Part shown: positions 30,627 to 38,145 of the stretch, piece by piece
Numbering within the stretch: the first letter of the stretch is position 1
How the letters are laid out: the number at the start of each line of letters is the position of its first letter
Assembly: GCA_910577155.1 (NCBI GenBank)
Contig: CAJTMS010000005.1
Span: 848-64,847 of the forward strand
DNA: 64,000 nt
Source of the DNA: an uncultured Mailhella sp.
GTDB lineage: Bacteria; Desulfobacterota; Desulfovibrionia; Desulfovibrionales; Desulfovibrionaceae
Direction of reading: 5' to 3'
Translations under genes and position numbers: made by a program
The notes under the pieces: generated by a model
Database searches by the model: none
Told to the model about the DNA's origin: nothing
The model's input: only the letters and a program-made list of their open reading frames with translations

Positions 30627-31565
30627 ATGTTACAGTTTGATGCGGTTGTTATTGGTTCCGGTCCCGCAGGACTGAACGCAAGCCTTTATCTTATACGCGC
30701 AGGGCTTCGTACTGCTCTTATTGAAAAAAACAGCGCAGGCGGACAGGTTTTGAGCACCTCGGAAATCGAAAATTATTTAGGCTTTCCAAAAGGTGTAAAA
30801 GGCTGGGAATTAGCTGACCTTTTTTCTGCCCATGTTGCGGAATATCCTGTTGAGCATATCCGAAATGAAGTTCTTAACATGGAAACTCAGGAAGAAAACG
30901 GACCGATGCATATTCTTCATATGCAAGGGGGAGAAGATATAAAAACGCGTACCGTGATTATTGCAACGGGTGCAGCGAGCCGTCCTCTTGGTGTTAAAGA
31001 AGAAGAAAAATATAAGGGCAAAGGCGTTTCTTACTGTGCGTTATGTGACGGTAATTTTTATCGCGGACTGGATGTTGCCATTGTCGGCGGGGGAAATGCG
31101 GCTTTGGAAGAAGCCTTATACCTTTCCCGTATTGTGAATAAAGTATACCTTATCCATCGCCGTGAAGGGTTTAGAGGCGCACAGATTTATCTTGATAAAA
31201 TCCGTGCTGTTCCTGAAAAAATCGAACTGGTTACCAGTGCTGTTGTCGATAGTCTCGAAGGGGAGCCGACCTTGAAAAAAGTGGTTGTCCGTCATGTGAC
31301 AACAAATGAAAAACGTGAAATTCCTGCAGAGGGTATTTTTGTGTATATTGGGCATGTTCCCAATGCACAATTTGCACCTGAAGGACTTGAACGGAATGAA
31401 CAGGGCTTTTTAGTCACAGACCAAGAAATGCAGACTAATATTGCCGGTATTTTTGCCGCGGGTGATATCAGGGCAAAATTATGCCGTCAAGTTTGTACTG
31501 CTGTTGGTGACGGGGCAGTTGCAGCCAGCTCTGCTATCCGCTATTTGGAGCACTTAAATGCGTAA
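30627..31565 (+). CDS. trxB: thioredoxin-disulfide reductase
   Basis: FAD motif VIGSGPAG, redox-active CALCDG, NADPH motif VGGGNAALEEA, and GIFAAGD. Confidence 0.93.
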   Translation: MLQFDAVVIGSGPAGLNASLYLIRAGLRTALIEKNSAGGQVLSTSEIENYLGFPKGVKGWELADLFSAHVAEYPVEHIRNEVLNMETQEENGPMHILHMQGGEDIKTRTVIIATGAASRPLGVKEEEKYKGKGVSYCALCDGNFYRGLDVAIVGGGNAALEEALYLSRIVNKVYLIHRREGFRGAQIYLDKIRAVPEKIELVTSAVVDSLEGEPTLKKVVVRHVTTNEKREIPAEGIFVYIGHVPNAQFAPEGLERNEQGFLVTDQEMQTNIAGIFAAGDIRAKLCRQVCTAVGDGAVAASSAIRYLEHLNA

Positions 31566-32283
31566 TATAGTTATTTCTTTGATTTTCTGTTTTTCTTTAA
31601 CCGGCTGTGGCGGTCTTATTGATGATTATTTCATGGAAACCCCGACAGATACAGTGCAGGAAAAATTTGAAGTTGCCGCAGAGTCCATGCAGTCAAATGA
31701 GTATGGTAAAGCAGCGCTCTTGTTTACAGAAATCAAGGATAACTACCCCTTTAGCCCCTATGTTATCGAATCAGAATTGGGGCTTGCCGATGCTTTGTAT
31801 TTAAATGAAGAATATCTTGATGCTGCTGATGCATACCGTGATTTTGAAAACCTGCATCCACGTCATGAGGCAATTCCCTATGTGCTTTTACAGGTGGCGC
31901 GATCTTTGCGGTTGAGTTACCGCTCTATTGACAGAGCGTCAACCAATGTGCAGGTTGCAGAAGAGTATGCCAGCCGTGTTTTAAATGAGTATCCTGATAC
32001 GGAGTATGCAGAAATTGCAGAAAAAGAATTAAAAACATGCCGTAATCTGTTGGCGGAAAGGGAAGTTTTCATCAGTAACGTCTACTGGAACATGGGGAAC
32101 TATGAAGCTGCCTATAACAGATATCTCCGCATTATGGAACAATTCCCCGATGTTGAGCATGTATACGACTATGCCCAAAAACAGGCTGAAGCCTCCTATA
32201 TCCGCTTTAGAAAAGAAGAATCTGAAGAGATGAGAGAGAAAAAAGAAGGCACGTGGAAAAGCTGGTTTAAAAGCTGGTTGTAA
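31558..32283 (+). CDS. bamD: outer membrane protein assembly factor BamD
   Basis: Lipobox LTGCGG followed by TPR-like repeats (YPFSPYVIESELGLADALY..., FENLHPRHEAIPYVLLQVARS). Confidence 0.85.
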   Translation: MRNIVISLIFCFSLTGCGGLIDDYFMETPTDTVQEKFEVAAESMQSNEYGKAALLFTEIKDNYPFSPYVIESELGLADALYLNEEYLDAADAYRDFENLHPRHEAIPYVLLQVARSLRLSYRSIDRASTNVQVAEEYASRVLNEYPDTEYAEIAEKELKTCRNLLAEREVFISNVYWNMGNYEAAYNRYLRIMEQFPDVEHVYDYAQKQAEASYIRFRKEESEEMREKKEGTWKSWFKSWL

Positions 32284-32320
32284 AAGGAGCATAAAAATAC
32301 TTTGAAAATACAGCGAAAAA

Positions 32321-32348
32321 GCCCCTCTTATTAAAGAGGGGCTTTTTT
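32321..32348 (+). terminator. intrinsic terminator after bamD
   Basis: Stem GCCCCTCTT/AAGAGGGGC, loop ATTA, then TTTTTT. Confidence 0.75.
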
Positions 32349-32430
32349 GTACACGATTTTTATTGTGTATTATGCATTTTCAATAATTTTTTGCTTTGCT
32401 GCAGTATCTTGTTGATTTTATACTACTGAG

Positions 32431-32517
32431 AGCATTTCAGTACGACATTCAGAACACACCAATAAGTATTTCCGTATAATATTCGTAAGTTATATTTTTT
32501 TTGAGGGAAATGATTTC
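32431..32517. repeat. intergenic repeat element, copy A
   Basis: Shares GACATTCAGAACACACCAATAAG (32444-32466) and GAGGGAAATGATTTC (32503-32517) with copy B at 45961-46036, in the same order and orientation. Confidence 0.5.
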
Positions 32518-32575
32518 ATAAAAAATCAAGTAATCCCTTTCATGATTTTTAGAAAGAAAAGCACAGAACATTATG

Positions 32576-34000
32576 TCAGCGTTTTTTGATATTAACCTGC
32601 CGTGCCCGAGCAATGGCTAAGTCATTTTCCGCTGTATCTTTGGTAATGACAGAACCTGCGCCCACCAAGGTATTTTTTGCAATTTTGACGGGTGCCACAA
32701 AGGCGCAGTTAGAGCCAAGAAAAGCATTATCTCCGATGATTGTCCGGTGTTTATTTTTTCCGTCATAGTTGCAGGTAATACAGCCGGCACCTACATTAAC
32801 GCCGCTTCCCACCTGACTGTCCCCAATATAGGAAAGGTGATTGACTTTTGAGCCTGTACCGATAACACTTTTTTTAATTTCACAAAAATTACCCAAGTGC
32901 ACATCATCAGCAAGTTTTGCCTCCGGACGCAGGCGGGCATAGGGACCAAGCTTAGCATTATTTCCCACCGCGGCATTTTCAAAATGACAAAAACTTTGTA
33001 CAACACAATTTTCGCCAATTTTCGTATTTTTAATCACGCAATGGGAGTTAATCGTGGTGAAACTTTCAATTTCGCTTTTTCCGTAAATTTCACAGGGACC
33101 AAAGATTTCCACTCCTCTTTGGATAACTGCAAAAGGACTTATGCGTATACTTTGCGGATTATGCATGACAACACCGTTCTGCATGAGGGAGAGATTAATT
33201 TCCTGCTGCAAAATTTCTTCTGCCTGATTGAGTTCAAGGGGATTATTCACTCCAAGCAGAGCCTTTGCATTTTCAAAGCAGAATGCTTCAACAGGGATAT
33301 TTTCCTTTTTGGCAAGGCTGATAATATCGGTTAAATAATATTCTTTGCCGGCGTTGCTGTTGGAAAGTTTTGGGAGATACTCCAGCAATACTTTTGCATC
33401 GACCAAATAAATACCGGAATTGACCTCAAAAATTTCACTACCCGGATAGGCAAGACGAAAATCTTTTGCCTCAATAATTTGTGCTACATTGCCCGTATTT
33501 TCGGTGTGTGTTTTTATAGGGGCATGCTGCACATTCTTGCGGAAATTTTCCCGCATGACACGTCCGTAATTTTGTCCGCTGTCCAACAAAAGACTTATAA
33601 AACTAAGAGGATAGTCCTTTGCTTTTTCAATAAATTCTTCCAGTAATTCTTTTTTGATAAGAGGCACATCAGCGTTTAAAATGAGAATTTTTGTATTTTC
33701 CACATCGATGCTGTCTTTAATTTTTTCCATGGCGCAAAGCACAGCATGTCCGGTGCCTAATTGCTTTGTTTGCAGCACACAGTGACTGCCTGCAGCTTCC
33801 CCAAATTCTTTGTTTAAATGTTTTTCCACCAGCTCGGCTTTATGCCCGATAACAGTCCAAACGGAAGAACTGACGTAAGCGGCGGTTTGGTAAACATGGG
33901 AAAGCATAGCCTCACCCAAAACTGTCTGCAATGCCTTTGGATTGGCAGAGGGCATTCTTGTGCCTTTTCCTGCGGCAAGAATAAGTGTACATATTTGCAT
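32576..34000 (-). CDS. glmU: bifunctional UDP-N-acetylglucosamine diphosphorylase / glucosamine-1-phosphate N-acetyltransferase
   Basis: LILAAGKGTRM motif and C-terminal hexapeptide repeats. I trimmed the start to the ATG at 34000 (MQICTLILAAGKGTRM). Confidence 0.92.
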   Translation of the reverse strand: MQICTLILAAGKGTRMPSANPKALQTVLGEAMLSHVYQTAAYVSSSVWTVIGHKAELVEKHLNKEFGEAAGSHCVLQTKQLGTGHAVLCAMEKIKDSIDVENTKILILNADVPLIKKELLEEFIEKAKDYPLSFISLLLDSGQNYGRVMRENFRKNVQHAPIKTHTENTGNVAQIIEAKDFRLAYPGSEIFEVNSGIYLVDAKVLLEYLPKLSNSNAGKEYYLTDIISLAKKENIPVEAFCFENAKALLGVNNPLELNQAEEILQQEINLSLMQNGVVMHNPQSIRISPFAVIQRGVEIFGPCEIYGKSEIESFTTINSHCVIKNTKIGENCVVQSFCHFENAAVGNNAKLGPYARLRPEAKLADDVHLGNFCEIKKSVIGTGSKVNHLSYIGDSQVGSGVNVGAGCITCNYDGKNKHRTIIGDNAFLGSNCAFVAPVKIAKNTLVGAGSVITKDTAENDLAIARARQVNIKKR

Positions 34001-34013
34001 AATTTTTCCTTTT

Positions 34014-34211
34014 TTATGGACGAGCCAGCCAAACAAAGAAAACTCCAAGAAGAAGGAGAAAATAACCGTAATATCTTAATTGGTATGGATCAATGTTTGC
34101 CAATTGAAATAAAAAATCTCTCATTTTTTCCGGACTGATAAGCCAAGGCAATGCTTCCAAAAAACAGGCAAAACCAAGACCGGTAAGAAGATATTTGAAA
34201 AATTCATTCAT
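34014..34211 (-). CDS. DUF2065-family small membrane protein
   Basis: 65 aa with two TM helices and a LEALPWLISPEKMR motif typical of YjeT/DUF2065. Has an ATGA overlap with the upstream gene. Confidence 0.7.
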   Translation of the reverse strand: MNEFFKYLLTGLGFACFLEALPWLISPEKMRDFLFQLANIDPYQLRYYGYFLLLLGVFFVWLARP

Positions 34212-35308
34212 TGCAGCTCATATCCGCGTTTTAAAATTGCCAGCACATCGTCTTTTGAAAGGGGCAGGACAAAAGTCCCTGCGCGTTCAGGGGTAAACAT
34301 TTCATCAATTTTACTTTGTGCTTCCTCAAGAGAACAATGTTTGCGGATAAGAATATAGGGCTTATAGCGGGTTAAAAATTCATGCATTCTGTTGATAAAG
34401 CCTTGGTCTAACGGAGTCATAAAAGCATTTTTTTCAATAATTAATTCCATAATGGGCAATAAAAATGCGGAGCATGCCAAACCGTGGGGTGCGCCATAAT
34501 GCAGGGTCAAAGGATAGGAGATGGAATGGGAAATGGAGCTGTGGCTTTGGCTGATGGCAATGCCTGCTTCCATGGCTGCTTCCTGCAAATAATAGCGGTT
34601 TTTCATGTCATACGGTTCATGCTCAATATAATGCAGGGAATTCATGACAATTTCCAAAGCCCTTTTTGCATAAAAGAGACTGAGCGGTGTTGCGTGCTTA
34701 TTCCACAGGGTTTCAAGAGCATGGGAAAAAGTATCCAAGGCACTGTATACTGTTTGTTTCCAAGGTAATGTTTTTGTAAAAAACGGATCAAGCAAGGCAA
34801 GTTTTGCATAACAGGCTCGCGTTGCTAACGAGCATTTTTTCATTTTCTGCCTGTCCCATATGGTGGCAAAACTGGTTACTTCTGAGCCGGTGCCTGCTGT
34901 TGTCGGAATGGCAACGAGCGGAATGGCTTTGGCGGGTAAGGGGCTTTTGTCGCGTAACCATGCATGCAGGGGCTTTTCATAGTCTGTCTGCATAAAGGCA
35001 CAGGAGAGAGCTTTGGCACTGTCAATGACAGAACCCCCGCCAAGGGCAATAATTGTTTGATACGTTTTGTGTTTATTTTGGCTGTAGAACGTATCAAGTT
35101 TATCTAAATCAGGTTCCGGCTGGGCGGTAAACACTTCATAGGGCAGGGATAAATAGTTTGTAATTTCCGCTAATTGTCCGCGCTCTTGTATACCTTTTGT
35201 CGTGACAATCAAAAGAGGACTTTTTTCAGGCAATACGGTATTGATTTCCTTACGGCAATCAAGTCCTGCATGGATTTCTACAGGATTATAATGTGTCCAT
35301 CCAATCAT
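34208..35308 (-). CDS. iron-containing (group III) alcohol dehydrogenase family protein
   Basis: IALGGGSVIDSAKA, PTTAGTGSEVT and histidine-rich metal-site region. I trimmed the start to the ATG at 35308 (after GAGGT); the longer ORF reads through a terminator hairpin. Confidence 0.75.
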   Translation of the reverse strand: MIGWTHYNPVEIHAGLDCRKEINTVLPEKSPLLIVTTKGIQERGQLAEITNYLSLPYEVFTAQPEPDLDKLDTFYSQNKHKTYQTIIALGGGSVIDSAKALSCAFMQTDYEKPLHAWLRDKSPLPAKAIPLVAIPTTAGTGSEVTSFATIWDRQKMKKCSLATRACYAKLALLDPFFTKTLPWKQTVYSALDTFSHALETLWNKHATPLSLFYAKRALEIVMNSLHYIEHEPYDMKNRYYLQEAAMEAGIAISQSHSSISHSISYPLTLHYGAPHGLACSAFLLPIMELIIEKNAFMTPLDQGFINRMHEFLTRYKPYILIRKHCSLEEAQSKIDEMFTPERAGTFVLPLSKDDVLAILKRGYELQ

Positions 35309-35346
35309 GGTTACCTCACTAGCATAAGAGAATGGATAAATAGTAC

Positions 35347-35378
35347 AAAAAAAAAGGAGAAAAGCAAAGCTTCTCTCC
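35347..35378 (-). terminator. intrinsic terminator downstream of trpB
   Basis: Minus strand: GGAGAGAAGC-TTT-GCTTTTCTCC (35378-35356; 9 of 10 bp) followed by T9 (35355-35347). Confidence 0.7.
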
Positions 35379-35529
35379 ATTAATTTTTTTTGCTTTGGAT
35401 GAGGATTATTTTTTGAGAAAATAATTGGTTTTGCTGTCGTTATCCGCAAGCCGGTCAATTGATGGCAGCTGCCGCTTCCCGTATTTCCTCATCGCCTCTT
35501 TTCCTTTTCATAAAACGAAAAGTTTGGGA

Positions 35530-36759
35530 TTATGGCATTTGGATAAGGTTTTGTTTAAGCATATCGGAAATCTGGTCAACGTCCTTATCACCGCGTCCGG
35601 AAAGGCAAACAAGGATTTTTTTGCCTTTCATGTCAGGAGCAATTTTAATGGCATGGGCAAGGGCATGGGCAGATTCCAGAGCAGGAATAATGCCTTGCGT
35701 TTTAGAAAGAATAAAGAAGGCGTCAATGGCTTCCTTATCCGTAACGGCAACATAGCTTGCCCGTCCGATATCTTTTAAGTAGGCAAGTTCAGGGCTGACG
35801 GAAGGATAGTCAAGTCCTGCGGAAATAGAATAAACAGGCGCTACTTCACCCTTATCATCGAGGCAAATATAACTTTTGAAACCATGCAAAACTCCTTCTT
35901 TGCCATAAACAAGGCTGGCGGCATTATCGCCTACTTTGCTTCCGCGTCCTCCGGGTTCCGCTCCCACAAGGGCAACTTCTTTTTCTTCAATAAAATGAGC
36001 AAACATGCCTGTTGCGTTGGAGCCGCCGCCAACACAGGCAATAACCATGTCAGGCAGGGTATTGGTCATTTCTTTGAATTGTGCTTTTGCTTCAAAGCTG
36101 ATAACGGATTGGAAATGGCGTACCATTTCCGGGTAAGGGTAAGGACCGACAGCGGAACCTAAAAGATAATAACTGTCTTTGTCGTTGATATATGCATCCA
36201 AAGCCTCATCAACAGCTTCTTTCAGTGTTCTTTGTCCGCTTTGGGCTGAAACAACTTCCGCTCCCATCATCCGCATACGCAGGACATTGAGCTCTTGGCG
36301 TTTGATGTCTTCTTCACCCATGTAAATGGTGCATTTTAATCCGTAAAGGGCAGATACGGCTGCTGCTGCAACCCCGTGTTGTCCTGCTCCTGTTTCTGCA
36401 ATAATATGTTTTTTGCCTAAGCGTTTTGCAAGGAGCAGCTGCCCCAGAGCATTATTGAGCTTGTGAGCCCCTAAATGGTTGAGATCTTCACGTTTCAAAT
36501 AAATATCCGCGCCGCCCAATTGTTTGGAGAGGTTTTCGCAATGAAAAATAGGGGTTGGACGACCACAAAAATGCTTGTAAAGATTGTCTAATTCAGCTAA
36601 AAAGTCTTTGTCGTTTTTGTATTTCAAAAAACATTCGGCAACTTCGTCAAGACGATCCTTCATGTCATCGGAAACAAATTGTCCGCCGTGACGTCCAAAA
36701 AAGCCGATTTTGTTTTCCTGCATGTTTTGAGCTTGAGTGTTTTGAGATTGGCAAGACAT
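35530..36759 (-). CDS. trpB: tryptophan synthase beta chain
   Basis: GRPTPIFHCENL..., YLKREDLNHLGAHKLNNALGQ (PLP lysine), GAGQHG and GGGSNA are canonical TrpB1. The ATG at 36759 is preceded by AGGAGA. Confidence 0.93.
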   Translation of the reverse strand: MSCQSQNTQAQNMQENKIGFFGRHGGQFVSDDMKDRLDEVAECFLKYKNDKDFLAELDNLYKHFCGRPTPIFHCENLSKQLGGADIYLKREDLNHLGAHKLNNALGQLLLAKRLGKKHIIAETGAGQHGVAAAAVSALYGLKCTIYMGEEDIKRQELNVLRMRMMGAEVVSAQSGQRTLKEAVDEALDAYINDKDSYYLLGSAVGPYPYPEMVRHFQSVISFEAKAQFKEMTNTLPDMVIACVGGGSNATGMFAHFIEEKEVALVGAEPGGRGSKVGDNAASLVYGKEGVLHGFKSYICLDDKGEVAPVYSISAGLDYPSVSPELAYLKDIGRASYVAVTDKEAIDAFFILSKTQGIIPALESAHALAHAIKIAPDMKGKKILVCLSGRGDKDVDQISDMLKQNLIQMP

Positions 36760-36805
36760 AGTTTTCTCCTTTTTTTTCTTCCGAACTATGCCTAGTCTGA
36801 AGAAT

Positions 36806-36835
36806 AAAAAAAAACGACCAAGCATATTCGGTCGT
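36806..36835 (-). terminator. attenuator terminator in the trpB leader
   Basis: Minus strand: ACGACCGA-ATATGC-TTGGTCGT (8 bp including one G-U pair) followed by T8 (36813-36806), 46 nt upstream of the trpB ATG. Confidence 0.7.
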
Positions 36836-36877
36836 AATTTTTTTAGGTTAAAATTTGGCTGCAAAAAATCCGACCCG

Positions 36878-36934
36878 TTATCTAACGAGCCACCACCAAG
36901 AAATATATGTGTGTTGTATTTTTTGCGTATTCAT
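36878..36934 (-). CDS. trpL: trp leader peptide (18 aa, three tandem Trp codons)
   Basis: Minus-strand ORF ATG AAT ACG CAA AAA ATA CAA CAC ACA TAT ATT TCT TGG TGG TGG CTC GTT AGA TAA encodes MNTQKIQHTYISWWWLVR. It lies between a promoter and the terminator upstream of trpB and is below the ORF-track size cutoff. Confidence 0.65.
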   Translation of the reverse strand: MNTQKIQHTYISWWWLVR

Positions 36935-36941
36935 AATGTTG

Positions 36942-36970
36942 CTTATATACAGAGCAAAAATTTTTGTCAA
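36942..36970 (-). promoter_or_regulatory. candidate sigma70-type promoter of the trpL-trpB unit
   Basis: Minus strand: TTGACA (36970-36965), 17 nt, TATAAG (36947-36942). The leader ATG lies only 7 nt downstream. Confidence 0.5.
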
Positions 36971-36988
36971 GCAAAAAGTGAGGAAAGC

Positions 36989-37831
36989 ATGGGACATAAA
37001 AAGAAAGTATATATCGACCCGAAAACATTGAATTTACCCTTTGCGGGCTGTGACAGCCATGCCCATATTGTAACGGCACCTTTATGGGAAGAGAGGGATG
37101 CTGTTTTGGAACGGGCAAAAGAAGCAGGCGTAAAAACCATTGGCGAAGTGCTCCTTGGGCATACGCAGTATAAGAACTGCAAAGATTATTTTAATGATAA
37201 AGAAGATGTCTTTTTTATTTATGGTCTGCATCCGACGGATTTATTGGAAATTGAGGAAGGCGAAGTGGAACGTATTTATAATGACATTGTGCAGGATAAA
37301 AAAGAAAAGCAAAAAATCAAAGCTGTCGGGGAAATAGGACTGGATTATTTTTGGCAGGAAGTTCCCCATGATTTGCAGCATGACTATTTTCGGAAAATGC
37401 TGGCTGTGGCAAAAAAATGCGAACTGCCTGTTGTTATCCACAGCCGTGATGCCTTTGAAGATACCGTTGCGATTTTGCTTGAAGAAGGTTTTGACGGGTA
37501 TCCTTTGCTGTGGCATTGCTTTGACCGTGACAGCGAGTGTGCAAAAATTGTTATGTCCCATGGCTGGCATATTTCCATTCCCGGCTCTGTAACCTATAAG
37601 GCAAATGCGCATGTACGGGAAGCTCTGCACGTTTTGGACAGGAAACGTTTGCTGGTTGAAACGGACAGTCCCTATTTGAGCCCCGAACCATGGCGGGGCA
37701 AGCCCAATGAGCCGGCATTTACCGTCTTTACAGCGGAATGTGTGGCAAAGGAATTAGGCATGGAAACCGCAGAACTTTGGGCACAATGCGGAAATAATGC
37801 CCGTCGATTTTTTGGAATGAACGAATCTTAA
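36989..37831 (+). CDS. TatD-family metal-dependent hydrolase/DNase
   Basis: CDSHAH, GEIGLDY, VVIHSRDA and ETDSPYL motifs. I trimmed the start to the ATG at 36989; the ORF-track start would overlap the trpB leader. Confidence 0.88.
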   Translation: MGHKKKVYIDPKTLNLPFAGCDSHAHIVTAPLWEERDAVLERAKEAGVKTIGEVLLGHTQYKNCKDYFNDKEDVFFIYGLHPTDLLEIEEGEVERIYNDIVQDKKEKQKIKAVGEIGLDYFWQEVPHDLQHDYFRKMLAVAKKCELPVVIHSRDAFEDTVAILLEEGFDGYPLLWHCFDRDSECAKIVMSHGWHISIPGSVTYKANAHVREALHVLDRKRLLVETDSPYLSPEPWRGKPNEPAFTVFTAECVAKELGMETAELWAQCGNNARRFFGMNES

Positions 37832-37895
37832 GATGAGGGCTAAGTTTTTTTTCCATAAAACCGATAAGAAAAGTATACTGTGAAAGGAGGTTTTT

Positions 37896-38075
37896 ATGGA
37901 AATAGATACTTCTTGTTTAAGTACTGCCCAAGGCCAAATGTCACTTGGCATTCAAAGGCAAAGCCTTGATTTCCAAGCTGATATGACAAATCAGCTTGTA
38001 CAAGGATCACTTGACGCTGCAAATTCCGCACGTGCAAGTCAGGGCATTGGAACGCATTTAAATATAACAGTTTAA
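37896..38075 (+). CDS. YjfB-like small 'putative motility' protein
   Basis: 59-aa ORF below the cutoff, preceded by AAAGGAGG: MEIDTSCLSTAQGQMSLGIQRQSLDFQADMTNQLVQGSLDAANSARASQGIGTHLNITV. This pattern is typical of the YjfB family. A strong hairpin follows it. Confidence 0.5.
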   Translation: MEIDTSCLSTAQGQMSLGIQRQSLDFQADMTNQLVQGSLDAANSARASQGIGTHLNITV

Positions 38076-38110
38076 TGGTGTTATATTTTTTGGATGTTCT
38101 TCCTGAACAA

Positions 38111-38145
38111 CACATAAAAACGCTCATTTTGAGCGTTTTTATGTG
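38111..38145. terminator. bidirectional terminator between the yjfB-like gene and miaA
   Basis: Perfect 15-bp stem CACATAAAAACGCTC/GAGCGTTTTTATGTG with a 5-nt loop. It overlaps the last codons of miaA. Confidence 0.7.

Noticed and set aside
30627-31565. The TrxB redox centre reads CALC instead of the textbook CATC.
   Set aside because: This is a conservative substitution between the two cysteines. The rest of the protein is canonical, so the difference is not informative.
35309-35458. The ORF-track N-terminal extension of the Fe-ADH includes a signal-peptide-like stretch (MERSFAFLLFFCTIYPFSYA).
   Set aside because: That stretch is the translation of the trpB terminator hairpin and its T9 tract (35347-35378). 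A good SD (GAGGT) precedes the internal ATG at 35308, where homology to Fe-ADHs begins.
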